Program-made: the position numbers and the translations under genes
The notes under the pieces: model-generated
Told to the model about the DNA's origin: nothing
Seen by the model: the letters and a program-made list of their open reading frames with translations, nothing else
Database searches by the model: none
Shown here: positions 37,031 to 46,122 of the stretch, in pieces
How positions within the stretch are numbered: the first letter of the stretch is position 1
Layout of the letters: each line of letters opens with the position of its first letter
Origin: an uncultured Pirellulaceae bacterium
GTDB lineage: Bacteria > Planctomycetota > Planctomycetia > Pirellulales > Pirellulaceae
Direction: 5' to 3'
Assembly: GCA_938040995.1 (NCBI GenBank)
Contig: CALHZT010000202.1
Location: 7,133 to 71,132 of the forward strand
DNA length: 64,000 nucleotides

Positions 37031-40000
37031 CTATCGCAATCGGGTGTGAGCCTTCGAGTTCGCGGTACGACTTACACCGTTCTTGGCTCGGAACATGCCG
37101 CTGATCGTCTCTGTAAACGACTTTTTCGACTTTTCTGGCTTGACCGTTTTGACTGCCTTGCTGATCGCATTCGCTGGTGAAGAAGCCTTCGGTGGAGCCG
37201 CTTTCAGGATTTTCCCGGAGCGAACCGGGATCTCGGTGGACACGACTCTCGCCGGACCCTTGTCGCCGCCAGTCGCTATCGACGATGCCGACAGAACTGT
37301 TTGCCGCGATGGAATCTGGGCAACCGACTCTTCCGCCGTCGGCATGATGCCAGGATTGCGGTCCAGCGAGAACAATCGCCGGGCCGGTTGGTCGTAGGCT
37401 GCGATCTGTTCTTCGGTTGGCATATCCTGGTCGAAGCCGCCGTTCAGATTGTACGACTTGGTTTGTGCCACGGCCGCAAGCTCTGGCTTGTTCTGCTTTT
37501 CGTAGATCGTCGCCAGGTTCTGCCATGCTTCTGCGGTCGGTTTGGCCAGAATGCTTCGCTTGAAAGCATTCGTTGCCTGAACGAGCTTTCCTTCTCGGGC
37601 AAACATGACGCCAAGTTCGTTGGTTGACTTCCAGTTGCGCGTGTTTGCCGCGGCGGATGTCAGCAGGAACGACTTCGCTTTGGCATTCTCAATCTCTGCG
37701 GCGACTGGATTCTCTCTCGCAGCTACCTGGAAGAGACGTCCCATTCCGTAGAGTGCTTCGGAACCCGCGGGTTCCTGACCAATGGCGATGATCAGAGCCT
37801 GCCGAGCGTAGTTGTGGTACGTTTGCAGTGACGAGTCGAGATCAACCATCTTGCGAGTGATTGACTTGCCTACCATCGTGGTGAACTCGGAAGCGACTTC
37901 GAGGGCATACTCCTTGCCGTGATTTGTATACGCTTCGTGTAGCTCGTCGGCTTCCCAAAGGGCCGTCACTGCGTCGTGGAGACTCTTCACGTGGATTCGT
38001 GTGCCCGTTGCCTTGTCGCGTGACTTTGCGACCATCTGCAACGCACTCATCAATTCTTCTTCGGCTTGCTCTGGCGAAGTTTCGAGCAGGTACAAGCCCT
38101 GTTCGACGTGTCCCATCGCAACTTCGTTGGCACGAGCGGTTGGTGACGCGTTGCCGTACTCGAACTTGTTGGACGTGGTGACGGTCGATCGCTTCTTGGT
38201 CGACTTCACGCGTTCTTTGGGCGCGATGATGACTGAACGCGGTCTTGAGTCGACAATGGTGGGCGATTCCATCGAAGCCACCTTCGGCGCCTTTTTCTTG
38301 ACAGCGATGGGCTTCCTCTTGACAACGACGGGCTTCTTCTTGACGAGGACGGGCTTTTTCTTTGTTGCCAGTTTTGGCCGGTTTGATCCAGTCGATTCTT
38401 TAGTAACCGTTTTTTCGACTGGCAATTTGGCTGCCTTCACCATGCGGTCTTCCATGGAGGCAACTCGTGGAGTTGCAGGGCTTTTGCCTGGCCGTGCTTT
38501 TTTCATTTCTTTGGCTTCCATCGCACGGACTTCTGCCTGGATCTTGGCGGTAATTCGTTTGATGAATGCTTCTTCATCCGCTGCCGATGACCCAACGTGA
38601 GTCGCGTCATACTCCGGCTCGGGGAGAATCTCTGTTGCTTCTTCGATAGAGTCGGCGGTTGCCAATTCGATATCAGATTCCTCAATGACCGGTTCGTCCA
38701 TTTCGACGATCGACATGGGTGCCTTGGCAGGAGTCGCCGGTTTCTCTTTTTCAGGACTGACTGCTGGCTTTACAACTCGATCCTGGACAGACGTAATCTG
38801 CGGCTTGCCGACGACTGCTCTGCGAGGCTTTCGCTTGATGACTCGCGTCGGAGGCGACTGCTCAACGAACTCGGGAGCTTCAACTTCCTCGATGACTTCG
38901 GGAGCTTCGTATTCCTCGACAATGTAAGGGCTATCAATCGCTACCTGCTCGCTTTCCGTCTGGTGTTCGATAAGGCTGATGCCCGGCATGGATTTTTTAC
39001 GCCTTGCACTTTTTCCCTGATTATCATTCGGCATGTAGTTGTGAGAACCGGCGGAGCGTTCTTCGATTGGTGACGAAAAAGCGTCGATCGACGTTTCGTT
39101 CTGTTCCAGTTCAGGCTTGGCGTTGATAATCTTCCCGTTGGCAAGTCGTCCATTGACAAGGACGCCATTTACAATCTGGCCGCTGATCACGCGACTGTCC
39201 TGTCCCACACCGCCGGTGATCTCGTTACCATTCGGCAATCCGGGGTTGATCGTGTTCGACACGGGAAGGCTGTGGGCGACAGCATTGCTCATGGTGTTGC
39301 CGACTGGAACGCTCTGATTCGAGGCGAGCTGTCCAGTATTTGCGGCGGAGCAATTTCCGTTCGGGCACGATCCGGTGGTGCAGTCAAGCTTTCGGGGGTT
39401 AATGGCGGGGTACTCTCGGACAATGACGCCGCCGCTTGTAACTGTCGTTTTGGGAACGCCCATGTTTGCCAGTGGTGCGTTGCCCTGGGTTGTGTTGACA
39501 ATCTGCTGCGACTGGATTGTCGTAGCGTTTTGCATCTCGTTGGTAGCGACGCCGTTCAGCGGCATTGAAATGCCCGGAATGCTTTGCACTGGCATTGGCG
39601 ACATGCCCGGAACAATCGACTGGTTTTGAATCAGCTGCTGGTTTTGAATGAGCGGCTGGTTCTGAGTGTAGTTTTGAGTCTGCGGGAACTGTTGTCCCTG
39701 GATCATGTTTTGACCGTTGATCATGGGCTGGCCCTGCATGATCGGCTGGCCTTGCATGATCGGCTGGCGTTGCATGATCGGCTGGCCTTGAGCAAACGAC
39801 TGGCCAGGCAAAGCGTGGTGTGTGCCCATCGTGTTGATGGGAACCGTGTTGTTCGCTAACTGAGTCGTTGGTTGTGCAGCACCGTTGGTGTAGACGTTTT
39901 GAACCGCGACGGCTGGCGGAGTTGTGTTTCCCCCTTTGCCGTAGATGCTCGCAATGGCATTCGCTGTCGAAACGGCGGCTGCAGAAGGCGCCGCCACATT

Positions 40001-40792
40001 GGTCGTTGGCGGCAGAGTGTTGACTGACGGCGTTGCGACCGAAGGCGTTACGACTGGAGTCGTTGTGGCCAGATTCGATTTTCCCTCGATTGTTTGCGTC
40101 GCCAGTCGCATATCCTTCACTTTGACTTCTGTTTGCGGCTGCCCGACGGCTCGGTCCTTGATCCACAGTAATTTTGCATCGTCTGGCATGCCTGGAACCT
40201 GAACGCCCTGGTACTCGGACGGTGTGGTTGGTTTGCTGCCGACGGTGATTGACGGCTGGGCACCGGTATTCGCCAGCGTATTGGTTGCTGACGAACCGTA
40301 AATGCTATCCGCGTTCGACGTCGTTGGATTTGTACTGCCGGCGGATGAGAGAGGCTGGTTGACGCTTGCCTGGCGGTTTTGACCATTCGCGGACGCTGCT
40401 ATTGGAGCGCCCCCCAAATTTCCATCTTTCGTCGCTGCCATCCAGTCGGCGACTTGTGCGACTTTCTCGTCCTTCGTTCTCTGCATTGGCTGCGTAGGAG
40501 CCGGATTGACGCCGCGACCGAGCATCGGATTCTTGGCCGTGAAATCGTTAGCCGGCTTTTGCTCGGCATTCTTCAATAGCTCCGCGATGTACTGATCGTT
40601 TGATTTGTACACCGATTGGGGCCGTGCCACGGCGGACGGCCGCTGCAAGCCTTGGGGAGCCGGCTTTGCCTTCCGAAATCCGAAAAGCTTGTCCATGAAT
40701 TTTGGTTTGGCGGCCAATGAGGGGCCGGCTGTCATCGAGACGCTCAAAAGTGTGATGACGAAACACCGCTTTGTTCGTGAAGGCGACAACAT
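37031..40792 (-). CDS. large secreted low-complexity protein with a TPR-like C-terminal region (about 1253 aa)
   Basis: ATG 40792 gives the signal MLSPSRTKRCFVITLLSVSMTAGPSLAA. Long Q/N/P/T-rich tracts follow, including (GQPIMQ)n. A Lys-rich block reads KKKPVLVKKKPVVVKRKPIAVKKKAPK. The C-terminal part is helical-repeat-like. Confidence 0.8.
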   Translation of the reverse strand: MLSPSRTKRCFVITLLSVSMTAGPSLAAKPKFMDKLFGFRKAKPAPQGLQRPSAVARPQSVYKSNDQYIAELLKNAEQKPANDFTAKNPMLGRGVNPAPTQPMQRTKDEKVAQVADWMAATKDGNLGGAPIAASANGQNRQASVNQPLSSAGSTNPTTSNADSIYGSSATNTLANTGAQPSITVGSKPTTPSEYQGVQVPGMPDDAKLLWIKDRAVGQPQTEVKVKDMRLATQTIEGKSNLATTTPVVTPSVATPSVNTLPPTTNVAAPSAAAVSTANAIASIYGKGGNTTPPAVAVQNVYTNGAAQPTTQLANNTVPINTMGTHHALPGQSFAQGQPIMQRQPIMQGQPIMQGQPMINGQNMIQGQQFPQTQNYTQNQPLIQNQQLIQNQSIVPGMSPMPVQSIPGISMPLNGVATNEMQNATTIQSQQIVNTTQGNAPLANMGVPKTTVTSGGVIVREYPAINPRKLDCTTGSCPNGNCSAANTGQLASNQSVPVGNTMSNAVAHSLPVSNTINPGLPNGNEITGGVGQDSRVISGQIVNGVLVNGRLANGKIINAKPELEQNETSIDAFSSPIEERSAGSHNYMPNDNQGKSARRKKSMPGISLIEHQTESEQVAIDSPYIVEEYEAPEVIEEVEAPEFVEQSPPTRVIKRKPRRAVVGKPQITSVQDRVVKPAVSPEKEKPATPAKAPMSIVEMDEPVIEESDIELATADSIEEATEILPEPEYDATHVGSSAADEEAFIKRITAKIQAEVRAMEAKEMKKARPGKSPATPRVASMEDRMVKAAKLPVEKTVTKESTGSNRPKLATKKKPVLVKKKPVVVKRKPIAVKKKAPKVASMESPTIVDSRPRSVIIAPKERVKSTKKRSTVTTSNKFEYGNASPTARANEVAMGHVEQGLYLLETSPEQAEEELMSALQMVAKSRDKATGTRIHVKSLHDAVTALWEADELHEAYTNHGKEYALEVASEFTTMVGKSITRKMVDLDSSLQTYHNYARQALIIAIGQEPAGSEALYGMGRLFQVAARENPVAAEIENAKAKSFLLTSAAANTRNWKSTNELGVMFAREGKLVQATNAFKRSILAKPTAEAWQNLATIYEKQNKPELAAVAQTKSYNLNGGFDQDMPTEEQIAAYDQPARRLFSLDRNPGIMPTAEESVAQIPSRQTVLSASSIATGGDKGPARVVSTEIPVRSGKILKAAPPKASSPANAISKAVKTVKPEKSKKSFTETISGMFRAKNGVSRTANSKAHTRLR

Positions 40793-41153
40793 ATCTCGAA
40801 TCCGGGGAAACGTTGTTGGGATGGGTAGGACCGCGGCAACGCGTAACTTGGTTACAAACCTTGCCACCCTTGAATTCGGTCCTCGCGGTACGACAGGTTA
40901 AAAACGAACGGTTCGCCCCGCATATCCGTCACAAAGCGACTTTCCAGGCCCGCATTTTCTTCATAACCCGAACTCTTGTGGCAAAGTTTGCGGGCTGTAA
41001 CGGAAATGACGACTGAAAGGCCGCGGGGAATTCTTCCGCATGTAAGCCATAAAGTGTGATTAGAGTGGAATCTGACTCTGGAAGCGGGCGTAACGGCAGC
41101 ATTGGCGTGCCCTTCGCAAAGATCTTTGGCGTTACAAAACGCTCACTGAATGA

Positions 41154-43142
41154 ATGCACATGCAAGACGACAAAAAAGCTGCAAACGAAGAACCTCGCGG
41201 CAATGATGCTGCGAATGCTGACGGCAGTAACTCCGGTGAAGTCGCCGGAGAACCGCAAACCGTTTCCCGCCGCAGCGCGCTCAAGACTGGATTGGCTTCG
41301 GCCGCAGGGATTCTGACCGTTTCGCCTGCCTTGACCAGCGATGGCCAAGCCGCCGGAATCTTCGGCCGGCTGAGAGATTTTGCGCAAGGCCGAAGTCAGG
41401 CGCGATCGCGCCGACGCAGCTCCACAACCGCGATTAAACAAGCCGCCATGTCTGACTACCGTCAAAGTCTGTCAAGCTACGGCGGTCGGCTGGCCAATCC
41501 GATCGAGCAGCTTGCTGTCCCGAAACCGCGAAATGTCCCGTGGGATATCGACATTGCCATCATCGGATCGGGATACGGTGGTTCCATTTGCGCAGCCAGG
41601 CTGGCGCAGCAGATGCAGCCGGGAACGCGGTTGTGCCTGTTCGAACGCGGCAAAGAATGGATCCCGGGAACATTTCCCGACACATTTCGTGGCGTCATTC
41701 GCGAAAACCGGCTGGCGGTCATGCGAGGCCGGCACAACACGCTCAAAAATCCCGGTGGACTATTCAACTTTCACAAAGGCGAAGACGTCGACGTCATCGT
41801 CGGAAGTGGATTTGGCGGTACGTCGTTGCTGAATGCCGGCGTTGCCATCAAGCCGGACCTCGAAGTCTTTCAGCGAAAAGGCTGGCCAGCGGCTCTTCGG
41901 CATCGCGAAGTCCTCGATCCGTTCTACGATGCTGTCGCCAAGGAACTCTCGGTCACGCCGACAGGGTATAACAGCTCGCCAAAAATGATGGCTCAACGAA
42001 TGGCGGCTTCGCGGATGGCAGTTCCGGATCGACAATTTTTCGCAGCCAATCTTGCCGTCACGCTTCACCCGCGAATGAACCAGCAGGGGATGCTTCAGCG
42101 CGGATGCACGTTCTGTGGTGACTGTATCTCCGGATGCAATACCGGCGCGAAGAACACGCTGCAGATGAATTATCTGCCGCTCGCGAAGCATCATGGTGCG
42201 GAACTCTACGAGCGAGTCGAATGTCGCCATATCGAAAAACGTGGTAATCACTACCGACTGCACATGATTTACCACAAAGGAAGCGGTCGTAACGCGCAGG
42301 CGATTCCATTCGCACGAACCGCCCGAATGGTGATTGTGTCTGCCGGAAGTCTTGGGTCCACGGGAATCATGATGCGCTCGCGTGAACGCGGCCTTCAGCT
42401 TTCCGGGCAGGTTGGATACCGCTGGTCAGGGAACGGTGACACGCTTGGATTCGTGACGAAGACGGATCAGCAAGTGAACTCAGCCGGGTTTGGTGCCTAC
42501 GAGAGCGGCGGCGGACTGGTTGGGCCTTCGATCCAGTCGGTGATTCGGATGTACGGCAAGGCGCATCCTGCGGGCCGGATTCTGATTCAGGACGGGTCGA
42601 TGCCTCGCGCTTACGCGAACGTGGTCGGTACGTTGATGCGAGACATGGATCTTTCGAACACGATGGTGATGTTCGGGATGGGGCACGACGGCAGCAAGGG
42701 CAGGGTGGTCCTGACGAATGGCGAGCCGATCGTGGATTGGCCAGGTGCCAAGGAAACCAGCTATCGCAAACGAATGCGAAAGCACTTCGAACTGATGGCG
42801 GATGCACATGGCGGTCGCTACAAGTATTTACGAGCCTTTGGCGCGAATTTGATTACGGTGCATCCGCTTGGCGGTTGCAATATGTCCGACGATCCTGCTT
42901 ATGGAGTCGTCAATCACGTCGGCCAGGTTTTCAGCGGGTATCGAGGCGGGCAGTCTCAGTCGCAGGGCGCCGATCGTGGCCAGGCGATGGTACATTCGGG
43001 TCTGTACATTGCGGACGGAAGTATTGTTCCCGGCTCTCTGGGTGCCAATCCGTACATGACAATCGGCGCGCTATCCGAGCGAATCGCCGCATCAATTGCC
43101 CTCGCGCCAATGTACCGCGATTTATTTGTGCAGCGTTCCTAG
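41154..43142 (+). CDS. GMC-family FAD oxidoreductase (cholesterol-oxidase-like) with a Tat-type signal
   Basis: SRRSALKTGLASAAG is the Tat-type signal. DIAIIGSGYGGSICAARLA is the FAD GxGxxG motif. The C-terminal motifs HPLGGCNMSDD...GVVNHVGQVF and LYIADGSIVPGSLGANPYMTIGALSERIA fit the GMC family. Confidence 0.8.
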   Translation: MHMQDDKKAANEEPRGNDAANADGSNSGEVAGEPQTVSRRSALKTGLASAAGILTVSPALTSDGQAAGIFGRLRDFAQGRSQARSRRRSSTTAIKQAAMSDYRQSLSSYGGRLANPIEQLAVPKPRNVPWDIDIAIIGSGYGGSICAARLAQQMQPGTRLCLFERGKEWIPGTFPDTFRGVIRENRLAVMRGRHNTLKNPGGLFNFHKGEDVDVIVGSGFGGTSLLNAGVAIKPDLEVFQRKGWPAALRHREVLDPFYDAVAKELSVTPTGYNSSPKMMAQRMAASRMAVPDRQFFAANLAVTLHPRMNQQGMLQRGCTFCGDCISGCNTGAKNTLQMNYLPLAKHHGAELYERVECRHIEKRGNHYRLHMIYHKGSGRNAQAIPFARTARMVIVSAGSLGSTGIMMRSRERGLQLSGQVGYRWSGNGDTLGFVTKTDQQVNSAGFGAYESGGGLVGPSIQSVIRMYGKAHPAGRILIQDGSMPRAYANVVGTLMRDMDLSNTMVMFGMGHDGSKGRVVLTNGEPIVDWPGAKETSYRKRMRKHFELMADAHGGRYKYLRAFGANLITVHPLGGCNMSDDPAYGVVNHVGQVFSGYRGGQSQSQGADRGQAMVHSGLYIADGSIVPGSLGANPYMTIGALSERIAASIALAPMYRDLFVQRS

Positions 43143-43713
43143 TGCTGCGTGACAACCTAAAGTCAAATGTAGTGGACGAGGCCACGAGTCCCGTGGGGTA
43201 CACGCAACGAACGGACTCGTAGCCTCGTCGACTACTCAAATTCTGGATTTCCCAAGGCACCAGGCCTTCACTCGACTTACTTTCCAATTCAGTCGGAAAT
43301 CCTGCGACTGCGGACAAGATGAAGCAACGTTTGGGGTGTCCAGAGTTTCCACGTCGCTGCGATGAGCGCTACACAGGCGAATGGCCATACAGTAACAAGC
43401 ATAAAAAATCGTCCGTCATTCCCTGATGAATCCTGCATACACATCTCTTGGAGAGTTGCTGGTTGGCATCGGCTTGGCAATTCCTCGATTCCGACGGGGA
43501 GTCTCTGTAGTCGCGATGGGTATGCATTGCGCTGATGTTGATCCTTGAGCCCTGGGGAATGGATCATCGGCCAGCGGTGTTACTCTGGAATCTGTTCTTT
43601 CTGGTGCAAACCTATTTATTCTGGCCTTTCGCGAGCGAAACCCGAAAGCCGGATTTCGCCACGAATCCATTCGAATTTCTGGCGAGCGAAAGACCGAAAT
43701 GTTGACGGCATGG

Positions 43714-43890
43714 ATAAGCTAAAGATCGTTCGAGAAACTACTGCCTGATCTTGCTCCGTCTTTCCCGCGCAGGCGGGAATCCATTGAATCGGATTGGTTT
43801 TTTGATGCAAGGAAAGACATTGAGCGTTAATACGCTTCGAGTGGGTCCCCGCGTTCGCGGGGAAGACGGCCATAGGCCGTCAATTGAGTA
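43714..43890 (-). mobile_element. MITE-like repeat family R1, copy 2 (reverse, truncated at one end)
   Basis: This is the reverse complement of the R1 core (ccgtcttccccgcgaacgcgggg...cccgcctgcgcgggaaagacgg...cgaacgatctttagcttat). It lacks the gaatctccgttcatg end. Confidence 0.75.
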
Positions 43891-43935
43891 GCCAGCATGG
43901 CTTTCGGTCAGTCTGTTGTGGCAAAGACGAAATAG

Positions 43936-44009
43936 AACCGCGAATAAACGCAAATGGACGCAAATGAAACCAAATTTGTATTCGCGTTTATTGGCGTTCA
44001 TTCGCGGTT
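43936..44009. repeat. imperfect hairpin repeat
   Basis: aaccgcgaataaacgc (43936-) pairs imperfectly with gcgtttattggcgttcattcgcggtt (-44009). It lies in an intergenic region. Confidence 0.55.
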
Positions 44010-44124
44010 GAAAATCCGGCAAGCATTCTCACGCAGACGACCTCTAATCTTCCAGGCCTCTTAGCTTAGTCTTAGGCAACCAATCAATACACTAACCAAT
44101 GGAAAACTGGATTGAGCAGCATTG

Positions 44125-44185
44125 GCTTTTTAGACGGAAAGGCGGAACCGTGGGCTTCCGGCTAAAGCCGGTGCTACGAACACGA
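44125..44185 (+). repeat. Repeat family R2, degenerate copy
   Basis: gacggaaaggcggaaccgtgggcttccggctaaagccggtgctacgaac. The second hairpin is intact and the first is decayed. Confidence 0.6.
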
Positions 44186-44213
44186 TGCTACGATCCATGC
44201 AATTTCCTATGCC

Positions 44214-45920
44214 TTAAACGGTTTCTTCTGCGACTTTCCCGAAGACCAACAGGATTCCGATCAACGCGGCAAACTGAAGCGGAATGAGAATCCAGATGCT
44301 GACGCCATAGCCCAGTGGAAGTGTTCCAAGAACGACACTCACGATTGCCACTGTCATCGCGTAAGGCATCTGCGTGCGAACGTGGGCGATGTGATCGCAA
44401 CCACTCGACTGAGACGACAATACCGTCGTATCGGAAATCGGCGAGCAATGATCACCAAAAACTGCACCGGCGAGAACGCCGCCGATGCAGCAAAGCAAAA
44501 TCGGGTTGTCCGGCGTGACCGTTTGTCCGGCCGCTGTCAGCATGGCATACGACAACGGTACCACCATGGGAACAAGAATGCCCATCGTTCCAAAGCTCGT
44601 GCCTGTGCAAAAAGCGACGATCGAGGCGAGTAAAAAAACCACCGTCGGTAGCAACTTGTACGAAAATCTTGGTCCACTGGATTCTGCCGCAGCACCATCG
44701 CCCGCTGCACTCGCTTGAGTATTTGATCCGGTAATCGCGTTTTGAAGCCACACGCCGGTGTACAACCGTTCGTGTTTGAATTGATAGGTCCCATCGTCGG
44801 ATCGGCCATCCACCGACTTGTTGCCCGTCATCCGGGACATCGCACTGGCGCAAAGCAGGATCATCAGTGCCGGAAGCACCAGCCGCGCGCCGAAGCCTGC
44901 CGCCCTGACAATTTCTTTACTGGTGAGAATCCTCTGCACCAAAGCAAGCGCTGACGCGACGAAAAGTCCGGCAAGCGCTCCGTAGTGAAGGGCGAAACTG
45001 GAATCGCCCGACCCAAACAAGTCACGAAGATTCGGAGTCGCGTTGGGATCATCACTCAATATGGCATCGCGACCCGTATAAATAATCAAATAAAGAACAA
45101 GGCCCACAGTTACAAGGATCGGCAAGACCGCATTGAACCATCGCGCTTTGACATCGTCCGCTGGCTGATCTTCTTCTTCCGCAATCGTGGCGACCGCGAT
45201 CGGTGGCTCGCCGCGGAGCGATCGTTGTTCGGCGGCAAGCATTGGACCATAGTCACGTCGGAGAAACGCAGTCAACGGAACAAACAGCAATGCACCCAGA
45301 ATGTAGAAGCGATACTTGATGCTGGCGACAAAAAGATCAATCGGCGTCCAGCCATCACCGACCGTCAGCTCGGAGATGCCATCGCGGATATATTCCAGCT
45401 CGACCGCGATCCACGTCGAGACCAACGCGACTCCAGCCACAGGAGCCGCCGTCGAATCGACAAGGAATGCGAGTTTTTCCCGCGAGATCTTCAGGCGATC
45501 ACAGAGAGGTCGCAATGTGTTTCCAAGCAGGATCGTATTGGCGTAATCGTCAAAGAAAATCACGAGGCCCAGCAGCCAGGTGGTGACTTGCCCGCTTCTT
45601 CGCGACTTGGCATATTTCGCCACGATCGCAATCAAACCTTTCATGCCACCGGATTTGTTGATGACACCAATCATCGCGCCCATTAGCAGCGTGAAAGAAA
45701 ATACTCGCAACTTGCCGGGGTCAATGAGCGTATTCCAAAGATGCAATTCGAGCGTGTCATAGACTGCCTGAATGATGTTGCCATTGGTTGTCAGGAGGGC
45801 TCCCGCAAAAATGCCCGCGATTAACGCAGGGACAACCTTTCTCGTGACGATGGCAAGCAAAATCGCGGCGACTGGTGGGGCAAGACTCAGCCAGCCGAAA
45901 GGGTGTTCCGACATGTTCAT
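44214..45920 (-). CDS. nhaC: NhaC-family Na+/H+ antiporter-like transporter
   Basis: The protein is polytopic. The N-terminus is WLSLAPPVAAILLAIVTRKVVPALIAGIFAG. The C-terminal signature GDHCSPISDTTVLSS is typical of the NhaC family. Confidence 0.75.
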   Translation of the reverse strand: MNMSEHPFGWLSLAPPVAAILLAIVTRKVVPALIAGIFAGALLTTNGNIIQAVYDTLELHLWNTLIDPGKLRVFSFTLLMGAMIGVINKSGGMKGLIAIVAKYAKSRRSGQVTTWLLGLVIFFDDYANTILLGNTLRPLCDRLKISREKLAFLVDSTAAPVAGVALVSTWIAVELEYIRDGISELTVGDGWTPIDLFVASIKYRFYILGALLFVPLTAFLRRDYGPMLAAEQRSLRGEPPIAVATIAEEEDQPADDVKARWFNAVLPILVTVGLVLYLIIYTGRDAILSDDPNATPNLRDLFGSGDSSFALHYGALAGLFVASALALVQRILTSKEIVRAAGFGARLVLPALMILLCASAMSRMTGNKSVDGRSDDGTYQFKHERLYTGVWLQNAITGSNTQASAAGDGAAAESSGPRFSYKLLPTVVFLLASIVAFCTGTSFGTMGILVPMVVPLSYAMLTAAGQTVTPDNPILLCCIGGVLAGAVFGDHCSPISDTTVLSSQSSGCDHIAHVRTQMPYAMTVAIVSVVLGTLPLGYGVSIWILIPLQFAALIGILLVFGKVAEETV

Positions 45921-46122
45921 TTCCTGATACTAGGATACCTGTGCTGAGCCGATTATAACTTGTTGAGTGATTCCTTGTGAGCAGCGTTGTCCAGTCGGGA
46001 GCGACCGGCTTCGCCTGTGTAATGTTGGAGCGTTCGCATACGGTTTGTTCAGAATGGACTGACTGTTGACGTTTTGCAGATTGAATTTCGTTTCGTGCGA
46101 CCAGAGAAACTCGGGGACATTG

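Noticed and set aside
40929-41465. A 178-aa minus-strand ORF spanning the divergent promoter region and the 5' end of the GMC oxidoreductase gene
   Set aside because: It overlaps the well-supported Tat-signal N-terminus of the plus-strand gene and has no motif of its own.
43289-43567. A 92-aa ORF in the 1-kb intergenic region between the GMC oxidoreductase and the NhaC gene
   Set aside because: Only one hydrophobic stretch, no motif, and no convincing start context. The region is otherwise filled with repeat debris. It is left unannotated.
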